Shown here: positions 9,786 to 20,149 of the stretch, one piece after another | How the letters are laid out: the number at the start of each line of letters is the position of its first letter | Position numbering within the stretch: the first letter of the stretch is position 1 | Source: an uncultured Eubacteriales bacterium | GTDB lineage: Bacteria; Bacillota; Clostridia; Christensenellales; QALW01 | Length of the DNA stretch: 64,000 nt | Direction: 5' to 3' | NCBI GenBank assembly: GCA_900547955.1 | Contig: URIR01000004.1 | Coordinates: 12,680-76,679, forward strand | Made by a program: the position numbers and the translations under genes | The notes under the pieces: generated by a model | The model's database searches: none | Seen by the model: only the letters and a program-made list of their open reading frames with translations | Told to the model about the DNA's origin: nothing

Positions 9786-9825
9786 ATGAAAAACTCAAGG
9801 GCGCGTATTATGTATACGCGCCCTT
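9786..9825 (-). terminator. Rho-independent terminator
   Basis: A 12-bp perfect stem AAGGGCGCGTAT / ATACGCGCCCTT (9797-9825) is followed on the minus strand by GAGTTTTTC. Confidence 0.8.
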
Positions 9826-9875
9826 TGTCAAATAAATATCAAAATCAGCTATATTTCTATAGGACGGATGTTTGG

Positions 9876-10158
9876 TTATTGTTTGGAATCACTATTATAC
9901 GCATAATTGTAAAAATATCCTATATTACCGTCCAATGTGCTGACTCCTCCGATTATTCCAATACTAAATTTATTTGAATGAATTTTAATGCTTTTTAAAT
10001 AGGTATCCTCAATATATTACTGATTGCCTGCATTGCAATGCATACGGACGAATATCATATTTTCCCGAATAGCCCGCGCCTTGCAGCTCTGAATAACTGA
10101 ACGTGCATAAATTAATCAACAACAACCCAACCAATGCAGTAACTATTGACTTTTTCAT
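9876..10158 (-). pseudogene. Possible frameshifted small secreted-protein gene
   Basis: ATG at 10158 opens MKKSIVTALVGLLLINLCTFSYSELQGAGYSGKYDIRPYALQCRQSVIY and stops at 10009. An adjacent frame continues IEDTYLKSIKIHSNKFSIGIIGGVSTLDGNIGYFYNYAYNSDSKQ to the stop at 9876 but has no start codon of its own. Confidence 0.25.
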
Positions 10159-10221
10159 AAGCTTACTTTCTTATTTACTAAAGCGGTACCCCATTTTGAA
10201 CTCCTTTCTCATTATTCCGCT

Positions 10222-10917
10222 TTAAGAACGTATGAATAGTGATACAGAGCCCTGCAAAGTATTATCCTTATATACGCCGCATGAAAAGCAAACAGTTTGA
10301 AAATCGAAATCTGCGCCATCCACCTTTTGGATAACATCATTGCTTATTAAATAACAATTCTCTCCTTCATCAGCCTGCTTATCCAGAACTATATTTATAT
10401 AATCTCCATCATAGCTTTTTAAAATATCCTCTGCCAAATAAAGCTTTGATATTAAATCCGCCCGACCGGCGCTTATGCCTGCGGCCGCTATATCCTCAGC
10501 ATTATATTTATCTGCCTCTATATAGAAGCCCTGAAGCTGAATTTCAGAACCGCTCTGTCCTAAAAACTCATATAATATATGCTTGTCTTTTTGCATATAT
10601 AATTTATAGGCTCGCATATACATATCTTTAATTATAAGTCCACGCTCGTTCAATACAATACCTATTTCAATTTCGTTGAATATCAGGTCGTTAAAAGCTT
10701 TATCCGTGCTTTTATCAAATTGCTTTAACTCTGTCTCAAAAAGTTTTAAAGAATTATTAACCGGAGAAAAATCTCGCCAGTTAGTCTCCCTGTTATACCA
10801 TGGCGCTTCGCGCAAAGCTACAACGTAATCTTTTTTTAGCAGGCTTGTAAAAATAATAACGGCTATTATAATAACTACAACTAAAATAGGAAAAACAATT
10901 AATAGTTTCTTTTTCAT
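10222..10917 (-). CDS. Hypothetical membrane-anchored protein
   Basis: 231 aa with N-terminal signal-anchor MKKKLLIVFPILVVVIIIAVIIF and a GGAGG RBS. I do not recognise a family. Confidence 0.6.
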   Translation of the reverse strand: MKKKLLIVFPILVVVIIIAVIIFTSLLKKDYVVALREAPWYNRETNWRDFSPVNNSLKLFETELKQFDKSTDKAFNDLIFNEIEIGIVLNERGLIIKDMYMRAYKLYMQKDKHILYEFLGQSGSEIQLQGFYIEADKYNAEDIAAAGISAGRADLISKLYLAEDILKSYDGDYINIVLDKQADEGENCYLISNDVIQKVDGADFDFQTVCFSCGVYKDNTLQGSVSLFIRS

Positions 10918-11000
10918 AATACTTCCTCCGCAATAAATATCAAATCTTCGACAATATAATATTAACTTACGCGCATCGCCTTGTCAATACTGCTTCAAAA

Positions 11001-11038
11001 GTTTTATAAAAAAGCAGCGGATATAGCGCCGCTGCTTT
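11001..11038 (-). terminator. Rho-independent terminator after clpX
   Basis: Stem AAAGCAGCGG / CCGCTGCTTT (11011-11038) is followed on the minus strand by TTTTATAAAA. Confidence 0.7.
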
Positions 11039-11055
11039 AAAAATAGCATTTTTTA

Positions 11056-12318
11056 TTATGAAACCTGGTCTTTTTTCCTTGCTTTAGCCTTTTCTAACAG
11101 AGGAGGCTCCCTATCAGTAATACACTGCTCGGTAACAACGCATTTTGAAATATTCTCCATTGAAGGAAGCTCAAACATAGTCTGGGTAAGCGCTTCCTCT
11201 ATAATGGAACGCAGTCCGCGCGCGCCCGTTTTACGGCTTATCGCCTTTTTGGCTATAGCCCTGACCGCTTCCGGCTCAAAATTCAGCTCTACGCCGTCAA
11301 TTTCAAATAGCCTCGCATACTGCTTGACCAGCGCGTTTTTAGGCTGCGTAAGAATATCCACAAGCATATCCTCATTCAAAGCGTTTAAGGTAACAATGCT
11401 GGCCAGTCTGCCTATAAGCTCAGGAATAAGTCCAAATTTAACTAAATCCTGAGGCATAACCTGTTTTAAAACCTCGCCGATATCCTGCTGCCGGGAAAGC
11501 AATTTTATTTCCGAGCCAAAGCCTACTGTCTTTTTGCCCACGCGGCTTTCAATTATCTTCTCCAGACCGTCAAAAGCGCCTCCGCAGATAAAGAGAATGT
11601 TGGTAGTATCCAACTGGATAATCTCCTGATGCGGATGCTTGCGGCCGCCGGTCGGAGGTACATGAGCTATTGTGCCTTCCAGTATTTTAAGCAGAGCCTG
11701 CTGCACTCCTTCGCCCGAAACATCCCGGGTAATGCTTGGATTATCAGACCGGCGGGAAATTTTATCTATCTCGTCTATATATATTATGCCCCGTTCTGCC
11801 TTAGGCAAATCGTAATCGGCCGCCTGAATAAGTCGGAGCAGAATATTTTCAACGTCGTCTCCCACATATCCGGCTTCGGTTAAGGTAGTAGCGTCGGCAA
11901 TGGCAAAAGGTACGTTCAAAATTCTGGCCAGAGTCTGCGCAAGATAGGTTTTACCCGTACCAGTAGGACCAATCATTAAAATGTTGCTTTTCTGAATCTC
12001 AACATCGTCAGTATTCTTTTTATATGCAATACGCTTATAATGATTATATACCGCCACAGCTAAAGCCTTTTTTGCCTCGTCCTGACCTATTACATACTGG
12101 TCAAGCGTTTCCTTTATTTCAGCCGGCTTAGGCAGATATATTTCATTAACCGCATTGTTGTCCATTTCAGGCGCATCTTCTAAGGCCTCAAGACAATCGT
12201 CTATGCATTCGTCGCAGATAAAAATTCCTGGAGGACCAGCGACCAGACGTTTTACCTGGTCGCGCGTGCGGTTGCAGAAAGTACACCGTATTATTCTCTT
12301 ATCGTCATATTTAGGCAT
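11056..12318 (-). CDS. clpX: ATP-dependent Clp protease ATP-binding subunit ClpX
   Basis: Zinc-ribbon [10 protein letters not shown]...CDEC, Walker A GPTGTGKT, and an IGF-like loop. Confidence 0.97.
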   Translation of the reverse strand: MPKYDDKRIIRCTFCNRTRDQVKRLVAGPPGIFICDECIDDCLEALEDAPEMDNNAVNEIYLPKPAEIKETLDQYVIGQDEAKKALAVAVYNHYKRIAYKKNTDDVEIQKSNILMIGPTGTGKTYLAQTLARILNVPFAIADATTLTEAGYVGDDVENILLRLIQAADYDLPKAERGIIYIDEIDKISRRSDNPSITRDVSGEGVQQALLKILEGTIAHVPPTGGRKHPHQEIIQLDTTNILFICGGAFDGLEKIIESRVGKKTVGFGSEIKLLSRQQDIGEVLKQVMPQDLVKFGLIPELIGRLASIVTLNALNEDMLVDILTQPKNALVKQYARLFEIDGVELNFEPEAVRAIAKKAISRKTGARGLRSIIEEALTQTMFELPSMENISKCVVTEQCITDREPPLLEKAKARKKDQVS

Positions 12319-12330
12319 TTGACGTCTCCT

Positions 12331-12915
12331 TTAATGAGCTTGGATAATATTATCTATCAGCCCGTATTCCAGAGCCTCCTGCGCTGAAAGGAAATGGTCC
12401 CTCTCAACGTCCCGCTCTATGCGTTCAATAGGCTGCCCGGTACACTCTGAAAGTATACTGTTTAATTTTGCGCGCGTTTTTATAAGATGCTCCGCATGAA
12501 TGGCCACATCGCTAGCCTGTCCCTGAGCTCCGCCAAGAGGCTGGTGAATCATTATCTCGCTGTTAGGCAGAGCGATTCTCTTGCCCTTAGCGCCAGCAGT
12601 TAAAAGCAAGGAACCCATAGAAGCGGCCATGCCAATGCAGATAGTTGATACCGGCGCTTTAATATAGCGCATGGTATCAAATATAGCCATTCCGGCAGTA
12701 ACCGAGCCGCCCGGACTATTAATGTAAAGAGATATATCCTTATCCGGGTCGTCGGCCTCCAAAAATAAAAGCTGAGCTACAATAAGATTAGCCATATTGC
12801 TGTCAATTTCGCCGCCTAAAAAAACAATTCGATCCTGAAGAAGGCGGGAATATATATCATACGAGCGTTCTCCTCTGGTGGTTTGCTCTACAACATAAGG
12901 AATCAGCATTTTCAT
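12331..12915 (-). CDS. clpP: ATP-dependent Clp protease proteolytic subunit ClpP
   Basis: Canonical ClpP sequence (GMAASMGS active-site Ser region, IHQPLGG). Confidence 0.97.
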   Translation of the reverse strand: MKMLIPYVVEQTTRGERSYDIYSRLLQDRIVFLGGEIDSNMANLIVAQLLFLEADDPDKDISLYINSPGGSVTAGMAIFDTMRYIKAPVSTICIGMAASMGSLLLTAGAKGKRIALPNSEIMIHQPLGGAQGQASDVAIHAEHLIKTRAKLNSILSECTGQPIERIERDVERDHFLSAQEALEYGLIDNIIQAH

Positions 12916-12939
12916 ACCTCCATAAATAAATTATGAATA

Positions 12940-14406
12940 TTATTCGGCCGGAGTTTCCTCAGCCGCGGTTTTTTTAGTCTGACGCGGTTTTTTAGCAGCG
13001 GGTTTAGCGGGCTTAGTCTCCTCCGCGGGCTGCGTCTCATCGCCGTTCTGCGCTTCAGCCTCCTGCTCCTGCGCCTGAGCTTCCTCGCTTTCCGCCGTTT
13101 TTTTCTTAGCGGGCGCCCTCTTGGCGGCGGGCTTATTGTTCTGGCGGATAAAGTCCAATATATTATTTACCGTTACCGTCTCCTTAATATATTCTAATTC
13201 ATCCGGCTTAATCTCCTGCTTATATTCCTCGACATCCTTTTTAAACATTTCGGCATACCGGGATATTTCTTTATCAATGCTCTCCTGATCGGCCTCTATA
13301 TTCTCTGCATTTTTAATCGCCTCAAGCACAAGCTGCTGCTTAACCGTTTTCTGCGCGTCATTGCGGTACATATCTCTAAGCTGCGCTACAGTCATACCGG
13401 TATAAGCCAGATAGTCTGACATCTTAAGCCCCTGATAGCTCATGCGCATTTCCATATCGCGGAGATGATAATCAATCTGCCGCTCTATCATGCTTTCAGG
13501 AATATCAACCTGGGCGTCTTCGCAGATTTTATCCAGCAGCGCGTTCTCATATTCATTTTGGGCGCGGCGGTCGTTCTGCTCCTTTAATTTCTTAGCAATA
13601 TCCGCCTTATATTCAGCCAGAGTATCAAATTCGCTTACATCCTTAGCAAATTCATCATCTGCTTCAGGTAGCTGTTTTTCCTCAATTGCGTTTATTTTAA
13701 CGCTGAACACCGCATCCTTGCCTTTAAGTTCCTCAGCATGATAATCCTCAGGGAATTTAACGTTTATATCTTTCTCCTCGCCTACATTCATGCCTATAAG
13801 CTGCTCCTCAAAGCCGGGGATAAAAGCTCCTGAGCCAATTACCAGAGTTTGGTCTTCAGCCGTCCCGCCTGGGAATTTTTCGCCATTAACGCTTCCAGAA
13901 TAGTTTAATTTCACGCTATCCCCGTTTTGGACCGGCCTGTCCTCAACAGAAACCAGTCTGCCCGCCCTTTCGCGCGCGTTCTGGACTTCTTTTTCAATAT
14001 CCTCGTCCGAAACATTATACTCATTTTTCTTAATCTTTATACCCTTATATTTGCCTAAGACAACCTCGGGCTTAAGATCTACCGTAACGGTAAGCACAAT
14101 GCTCTTATCTTCCAGAATATCCTTTATATCAACATCGGGTCGGCTTACAGGCTCCAGGGAATGCTCCTTAACGGCCGCTTCATAAAATTCCGGAAAAACC
14201 TCGTTAAGAGCGTCGTCAAAAAATACGCCGGCTCCATAATATTTTTCCACAAGGCTGCGCGGAGCTTTGCCCTTACGGAATCCGGGGATAGAATATTTGC
14301 TTGCGGTTTTCTTATAAACGTCCGCAACCGCTTTTTCATAGGACGCGCCGTCCACAGTAATGGTAATCACCGCTTGGTTTTTATCATTTTTTTCATAAGT
14401 ACTCAT
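12940..14406 (-). CDS. tig: Trigger factor with a long K/A/E/P-rich C-terminal tail
   Basis: N-terminal ribosome-binding motif GFRKGKAP and an FKBP domain, upstream of clpP-clpX. The last 60 aa or so are low complexity. Confidence 0.95.
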   Translation of the reverse strand: MSTYEKNDKNQAVITITVDGASYEKAVADVYKKTASKYSIPGFRKGKAPRSLVEKYYGAGVFFDDALNEVFPEFYEAAVKEHSLEPVSRPDVDIKDILEDKSIVLTVTVDLKPEVVLGKYKGIKIKKNEYNVSDEDIEKEVQNARERAGRLVSVEDRPVQNGDSVKLNYSGSVNGEKFPGGTAEDQTLVIGSGAFIPGFEEQLIGMNVGEEKDINVKFPEDYHAEELKGKDAVFSVKINAIEEKQLPEADDEFAKDVSEFDTLAEYKADIAKKLKEQNDRRAQNEYENALLDKICEDAQVDIPESMIERQIDYHLRDMEMRMSYQGLKMSDYLAYTGMTVAQLRDMYRNDAQKTVKQQLVLEAIKNAENIEADQESIDKEISRYAEMFKKDVEEYKQEIKPDELEYIKETVTVNNILDFIRQNNKPAAKRAPAKKKTAESEEAQAQEQEAEAQNGDETQPAEETKPAKPAAKKPRQTKKTAAEETPAE

Positions 14407-14568
14407 ACTAATCCTCCAGAAAGTTATACAATTATTCTATGCAAAAATCATTTTATAGTGTATCATATTAACCGAAACAAAGCAATAACTTTTTGTTCCC
14501 AATGCCCAGATTTTTGTAATATTTTAACCAATATCCGGGCTGGGATATCTAAAACGGAGGAAAAAAAG

Positions 14569-16275
14569 ATGCCCCTTGACGGAATAACTCTCGGAGGAAT
14601 AGCCTTTGAATTAAACAGGCTGCTTGCAGGAGGACGTATTGACAAAATCCAGCAGCCTGAAAAAGACGAAATAATCTTAATAATTAAAAACAACTCACGG
14701 CAGCATAAGCTGCTCATCAGCGCCAACGCTGGCAGCGCGCGCATGCACATTACTCAAATAATTAAAGAGAATCCCGAAACTCCGCCCAATTTCTGCATGC
14801 TTCTCCGCAAGCATTTAAGCGGAGGAAAAATACTATCCATTTCGCAGCTTGGAAATGAACGTATCGTCAATATTACAATTCAATCCTACAGCGAGCTGGG
14901 AGAACAAACAATTAAAACTCTCACAATTGAGCTGATGGGCAAACACAGCAATATTATACTGCTTAATTCCCAGGGCTTTATGATAGACGCAATAAAACGC
15001 GTAGATATTACTGTCAGCTCCGTGCGCCAGGTTATGCCGCACGACCTTTATGCGGCTCCCCCGTCCCAGAATAAGCTTGAGCCCAGCATGGAAAATATCC
15101 GGCGCTTTTTTCTTGACAGAAAGGAAAACATCACCGCAAGGCTAATCAGCGAAAGCTTTATAGGAATATCCAGAACCGCTGCAGAAGAAATAATTTTCAG
15201 AATGAAAAATCAAGGCGGAATAGAAGGCTTCAGTTCATATATGCAAAACGCATATCAAAAAACATATAGGCCCGCTATGCTGTTGAACGGCCAGAACCAG
15301 CCCGCAGATTTTCTGCCTTTTCAATATCTTTCCCTCGCTACTGAATTGCAGCGGGAACATGCTGATTTTTCAACAATGCTGGAAGAATTTTATTCCGCCA
15401 GAGATATGGCGCAGCATATGAAAAGCCGCAGCCGGGAATTAAATATGCTTTTAGATAAGCTGATAGAAAAATGCGAGCGCAAGGACGGGCTTTATGCGCA
15501 AAAATTAATGGAATGCTCTCAAATGGAGAGTTACCGAATTAAAGGAGAGCTGCTTACCGCAAACCTATATCTTGTCGTCCGGGGCGCAAAAAAAGTTACG
15601 GTAAGCAATTATTACGATGACAATAAGAGCCTGGAAATAGAATTAGACGAGCGGATTTCTCCGCAGTCCAACGCTCAGCAGTACTTTAAAAAATATAACA
15701 AATTAAAAACTGCTTCTAAGCTTTTAGCTGGGCAAATTGCTCAAAACCGAGAGGAAAAGAGCTATCTGGAATCTTTGAAACTCAGTCTGGAAAGTATTAC
15801 TAATTATGCTGAGCTGGAAGAAATCCGCCAGGAACTTATGCAGGCGAGCTATATAAAGCGCCAGACGTCCAGAAAAAAAAGCAAGCCCATTAGCTCAACT
15901 GCTCCGCATTGCTATATTTCTTCAGATGGAATTGAGATACTTGTAGGAAAAAATAACCGTCAAAACGATGCGCTTACCCTTAAAACTGCACAGCCTAATG
16001 AAACCTGGCTTCATGTAAAAGACATGCCCGGCTCTCACGTTATCATACGCAAGACGGGCGAAATTCCCGAAAGCACCCTTATGCAGGCAGCAAATCTTGC
16101 TTTATATTATTCTAAAGGACGCACTTCGCAAAATGTGCCGGTAGATTATACCTTGGTAAGGTATGTAAAAAAGCCCGGCGGTGCAAAGCCGGGCATGGTT
16201 ATCTACCAAAACATGAAAACTCTGTATATGACCTGTGATATCGACGAAATTAACGCTCTTACCAAAGTGAAATAA
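14569..16275 (+). CDS. rqcH: Rqc2/RqcH homologue (NFACT, fibronectin-binding protein A family)
   Basis: Start trimmed to MPLDGITLGGIAFELN with a GGAGG RBS. Has the NFACT-N domain, a coiled coil and a C-terminal DUF814-like region (WLHVKDMPGSHVII). Confidence 0.85.
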   Translation: MPLDGITLGGIAFELNRLLAGGRIDKIQQPEKDEIILIIKNNSRQHKLLISANAGSARMHITQIIKENPETPPNFCMLLRKHLSGGKILSISQLGNERIVNITIQSYSELGEQTIKTLTIELMGKHSNIILLNSQGFMIDAIKRVDITVSSVRQVMPHDLYAAPPSQNKLEPSMENIRRFFLDRKENITARLISESFIGISRTAAEEIIFRMKNQGGIEGFSSYMQNAYQKTYRPAMLLNGQNQPADFLPFQYLSLATELQREHADFSTMLEEFYSARDMAQHMKSRSRELNMLLDKLIEKCERKDGLYAQKLMECSQMESYRIKGELLTANLYLVVRGAKKVTVSNYYDDNKSLEIELDERISPQSNAQQYFKKYNKLKTASKLLAGQIAQNREEKSYLESLKLSLESITNYAELEEIRQELMQASYIKRQTSRKKSKPISSTAPHCYISSDGIEILVGKNNRQNDALTLKTAQPNETWLHVKDMPGSHVIIRKTGEIPESTLMQAANLALYYSKGRTSQNVPVDYTLVRYVKKPGGAKPGMVIYQNMKTLYMTCDIDEINALTKVK

Positions 16276-17413
16276 TGCGCTTTAAAATATCCCAGAGCTT
16301 AGCGTCCTTATATTCGCGGTCGGCTACTAAATCAACGCGCATCATTTCTGCGCCGTCCTTCCTGATTATAATTTCGCCAACCTTTTGGCCCGCCTGAATA
16401 GGCGCGGATACCTCCGAGGGAAGAACTATCTCCTTTTCTATTAGCTTTTCCTCGCCCTTTCTGAGCACGGCCGTAACATTCCAGGCTGGATGCACGGACA
16501 TGGTCTTATCCATACCGTTTTTAACGGCCGGCTGCTGTTCTATAACGTCGTCTTTATTAACCAGCTTAACCGTAGTAAAATTAGCAAAGCCGTAATTAAG
16601 CAATGTGCGCGCATCATCAAAACGTTTCTGGCTGGTTTCTCCTCCTAATATTACACTTATCATACGCGTTCCGTTACGGGTAGCCGAAGCGCTCAGGCAA
16701 TGCTTGGCTTCATCTGTATAGCCTGTTTTTACCCCGTCGCAGCCCTCGTAAAAACGCACCAGCTTATTGGTGTTGGTCAGACCGGTGACCCTTCCGTCCT
16801 TATGCGTTATTTCATCCATCCAGGTGCTGCTCCATCTAAAATAGTCCTTATGCGTTAAAAGCTCCCTGGACATTATTGCTACGTCGCGCGCGGTTGAAAG
16901 ATGTCCTTCAGCCGGCAGACCGGTACAATTCACAAAAGTAGTATTATTCATTCCCAGCTCTTTTGCCTTTTGATTCATGCGGGAAACAAAAGTTTCCTCA
17001 TTTCCGGCAAGATGCTCGGCCATGGCTATACATGCGTCATTAGCCGACGCTATTATTATAGATTTAATGAGCTCGCTGGCAGGATACTGCCAATGGGCGT
17101 CAGTAAAAACATGAGAGCCGCCTATATTTGCAGCATATTCGCTTACCGTTACTTTATCATCCAATTTCAGCGTGCCCTGCTCCACCTCGTCAAAAATAAG
17201 ACACAGGCTCATTATTTTAGTAACGCTGGCAATAGGAAGGGGCTGATCTATGTTTTTTTCATAGAGTATGGTACCCGTTTCATATTCCATAAGCAGGCCC
17301 GCTCTGGCATTAATATCAAATTCGGGCTCGGCTTTTGTTACCGTAACTGAGCAGAGGCTTACGCTAAGAAAGATTATTGCGGCAGAAATTATTTTCAAAA
17401 AACTCTTAGACAT
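16259..17413 (-). CDS. D-alanyl-D-alanine carboxypeptidase (low-MW PBP, DacB/DacF type)
   Basis: Signal peptide, SxxK (ASVTKIMS), SxN (ASAND) and KTG (VKTGYT). The 3' end overlaps the rqcH 3' end convergently by 17 nt. Confidence 0.88.
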   Translation of the reverse strand: MSKSFLKIISAAIIFLSVSLCSVTVTKAEPEFDINARAGLLMEYETGTILYEKNIDQPLPIASVTKIMSLCLIFDEVEQGTLKLDDKVTVSEYAANIGGSHVFTDAHWQYPASELIKSIIIASANDACIAMAEHLAGNEETFVSRMNQKAKELGMNNTTFVNCTGLPAEGHLSTARDVAIMSRELLTHKDYFRWSSTWMDEITHKDGRVTGLTNTNKLVRFYEGCDGVKTGYTDEAKHCLSASATRNGTRMISVILGGETSQKRFDDARTLLNYGFANFTTVKLVNKDDVIEQQPAVKNGMDKTMSVHPAWNVTAVLRKGEEKLIEKEIVLPSEVSAPIQAGQKVGEIIIRKDGAEMMRVDLVADREYKDAKLWDILKRIISLW

Positions 17414-17471
17414 AAAAACCTCCTTGTTTTTTATTTAGGTTATGCAAACAAAAAGGTTTTATGCGCTATTT

Positions 17472-18281
17472 TTAAATATTTTCAATTATTTTGTCAATTA
17501 ACGAGGCAAAAGCTCCTTCAGTCCTTCTGCCCGTCTCCATCACCTCGGCATGTGAAAGCGGGGTTTCAAGTATACCGGCTGCCATATTTGTTATACAAGA
17601 TATGCCCAATACCCTTATGCCCGCCTGCACAGCGGCAACCGTCTCAAAAACAGTAGACATTCCCACCATGTCGCCGCCTAAAATGCGTATCGCCCGTATT
17701 TCCGCCGGCGTTTCGTAGCTGGGACCGGCGCAGTAATAATATACTCCCTGCTTAAGAGGTATTCCGGCCTGCCGGGCTGCTTCAAGAGCCAAAGCCCTCA
17801 GTTCCGCGTCATAGGCCTGGCTCATTGAAGGGAAGCGCTCCCCAAATTCCAGCGCCTTCATCCCTCTTAACGGATTAAGCCCTGTCAAATTTATATGGTC
17901 GGTTATGCATACTAAATCCCCCGGAGCAAAAGAAGTATTAACGGCGCCCGCAGCATTTGTAAGAATAAGCTTTTTTACTCCCAGCGCCTTAAGCACCCTC
18001 AAAGGGAAGACCGTCTCCTCCGGGCTTCTGCCTTCATAATAATGCACGCGTCCTTGCAGGCATATTATCTGCTTTCCCGCCTTATCTCCTATAACAAACG
18101 CGCCCTTATGCCCATCAACGGTAGAAACCGGCATACCAGGGACATCCTTATAATGTATAACCTCCGCATTAGCCAGCCCTTCAGCATAACTGCCCAGGCC
18201 CGAACCAAGCACAAGTCCGGCTTCCGCCATAATATCCAATTTATTTTTTATATATCCTGCAGCCTTTAATACTTCGTTCAT
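17472..18281 (-). CDS. punA: Purine nucleoside phosphorylase (PunA type)
   Basis: PNP/MTAP family sequence (GSGLG, GRVHYYEG, MSTVFE), adjacent to deoB. Confidence 0.9.
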   Translation of the reverse strand: MNEVLKAAGYIKNKLDIMAEAGLVLGSGLGSYAEGLANAEVIHYKDVPGMPVSTVDGHKGAFVIGDKAGKQIICLQGRVHYYEGRSPEETVFPLRVLKALGVKKLILTNAAGAVNTSFAPGDLVCITDHINLTGLNPLRGMKALEFGERFPSMSQAYDAELRALALEAARQAGIPLKQGVYYYCAGPSYETPAEIRAIRILGGDMVGMSTVFETVAAVQAGIRVLGISCITNMAAGILETPLSHAEVMETGRRTEGAFASLIDKIIENI

Positions 18282-18294
18282 TTTTCTTCCTCCG

Positions 18295-19431
18295 TTATAA
18301 AAATGCTTTGCCGCTTAAATCATAAGGCAGATTAAAATAATGCGCCAGCGAAGCCGCGACATCCGCGAAATCTCTTATATGCATATTTTCCCGCTTAATT
18401 TTATTACCGTAAAGCAAAATTGGCGTGTATTCTCTTGAATGGTCGGTGCTGGCCGTAACTGGATCGCAGCCATGGTCTCCCGTAATAATCAATATATCAT
18501 CTTCTCTCAATTTCGCCGTTATTTCGGGCAGCACGCAGTCAAATTTCTCTAGAGCGCGCGCATATCCATATACGTCGTTTCTATGTCCGTAAAGCGAATC
18601 AAAATCCACTAAATTAACAAACAGCAGTCCATTAAAGGGTTCCTCCAGCAATTCAAGAGTCCTATTGACGCAGGCGTCATTGCCCTTATCCGGATAGCTT
18701 TTAGTCAAACCGCAGCCGTCAAATATATCCCCTATTTTCCCTATTCCTATAGCATCAAGTCCGTTCTCACTAAAAATATTTAAAACTGTGCGGCCCGGAT
18801 TGATAGAAAAATCATGCCGATTTTTAGTGCGCACAAAATGACCCGGAGTACCAATAAACGGACGGGCAATAATTCTGCCTACAGCATATTTCCCCGACAT
18901 AATCCTGCGCGCCTCTCTGCACATTCGATATAATTCTTCTAGTGGTATTATTTTCTCGTGCGCTGCAATTTGGAGCACGCTGTCGGCGGAGGTATATACT
19001 ATGGGGAAGCCCGTGCTCATATGCTCCCTGCCCAGCTCTTCAATTATAACTGTTCCCGAAGCCGCCTTATTGCCCAATATTTTGCGGCCGAAAGCGTTTT
19101 CCAGCTTTGTCACAATTTCAGGCGGGAATTTTTTAAACGTAGGAAAAGGCTCTGCCAAAATTTTGCCCATAAGCTCCCAATGGCCTGTTGTAGTATCCTT
19201 TCCAGGAGAATGCTCGCATAATTTTCCATACGCAGCGCTAGGCACGGCAATCGGCCGAGCATAATCTATCCCGTCAATATTGAAAAGCCCCATTTCAGTT
19301 AAATTAGGCAGACGCGCCTGGCCTGAAAGCACCACGCTTTTTAATGTATTGCTGTTTTGGTCTCCAAAAGCAGCAGCATCCGGCAATTCCCCTACGCCCA
19401 GGCTGTCCAGCACTATCACAGCAGCTTTCAT
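18295..19431 (-). CDS. deoB: Phosphopentomutase
   Basis: Alkaline-phosphatase superfamily metal sites (VIVLDSLGVG, TGDHGCDP). Confidence 0.92.
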   Translation of the reverse strand: MKAAVIVLDSLGVGELPDAAAFGDQNSNTLKSVVLSGQARLPNLTEMGLFNIDGIDYARPIAVPSAAYGKLCEHSPGKDTTTGHWELMGKILAEPFPTFKKFPPEIVTKLENAFGRKILGNKAASGTVIIEELGREHMSTGFPIVYTSADSVLQIAAHEKIIPLEELYRMCREARRIMSGKYAVGRIIARPFIGTPGHFVRTKNRHDFSINPGRTVLNIFSENGLDAIGIGKIGDIFDGCGLTKSYPDKGNDACVNRTLELLEEPFNGLLFVNLVDFDSLYGHRNDVYGYARALEKFDCVLPEITAKLREDDILIITGDHGCDPVTASTDHSREYTPILLYGNKIKRENMHIRDFADVAASLAHYFNLPYDLSGKAFL

Positions 19432-19510
19432 TAAAACATTCCCTCCGACGCTTTATAAAAAAGCATTAACATAATCTTTTTAAAGACAAATAAACTTTTA
19501 AAATATTATA

Positions 19511-20149
19511 TCATAAAACGCCGCTGAATAAACTATAAATTCCGTTCATGACCAAAGGCATTATAAGCGCAACATATATGCTGGCTGGAATCGTTCCCAC
19601 GACCGAACATATAAAAAACTGCAGATATCCCAGGTCCTCTCTTCCTATTCCTTTTTTACCTTTTAATAATCTTCGCTTTTTCAATCGGATAAAAGCAAGC
19701 ACAGTACAGAAAAAATATATAGGCAGCAAAAGCAGATACTGCGGCAACAGCGCCAAAAGCAATATAAAAAAACCATCCAATCCCAGCAGGCTCAAAAGCA
19801 TGGATGCCGAAAAGCCCAGAACAAATCCTCGTCCGCCTAAAATAAGATAAGTAAACGGATATGTAAAGGTAAACAGGCCCAAAAGCATTATAAAAAATAC
19901 CGTTTCGGCAGAGCTGAGAAACGAGGTGAAAAATATGCCCCAGCGGTCTGCGCTGCCGTTAGCAATATATTCCAAATAGGATTCCATATACCGGCCAAAG
20001 CTGTCTCCAAAATAATCCCCAACATATTTATAATAAAAGCAGCCGCTGCTAATTCCTATAAGAAAAGAAACCAGCGCAATTATATAGCCCATTAAATTCT
20101 CTCTTATATGCTGAACAACGTTTTGTTTTATATACCCCAGTTTCACCAT
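19511..20149 (-). CDS. spoIIM: Stage II sporulation protein M
   Basis: 212-aa polytopic protein in the position conserved beside deoB/punA in spore formers. The family call is by resemblance. Confidence 0.65.
   Translation of the reverse strand: MVKLGYIKQNVVQHIRENLMGYIIALVSFLIGISSGCFYYKYVGDYFGDSFGRYMESYLEYIANGSADRWGIFFTSFLSSAETVFFIMLLGLFTFTYPFTYLILGGRGFVLGFSASMLLSLLGLDGFFILLLALLPQYLLLLPIYFFCTVLAFIRLKKRRLLKGKKGIGREDLGYLQFFICSVVGTIPASIYVALIMPLVMNGIYSLFSGVL

Noticed and set aside
14161-14568. N-terminal extensions in the ORF track. Examples are rqcH from 14161, lon from 9690, engB from 7349, dxs from 5348, spoIIGA from 3287, ruvA from 60871 and era from 37327.
   Set aside because: The upstream parts overlap neighbouring genes or promoters and lack RBSs. 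Conserved protein N-termini begin at internal Met codons with good Shine-Dalgarno sequences, so the starts were trimmed.
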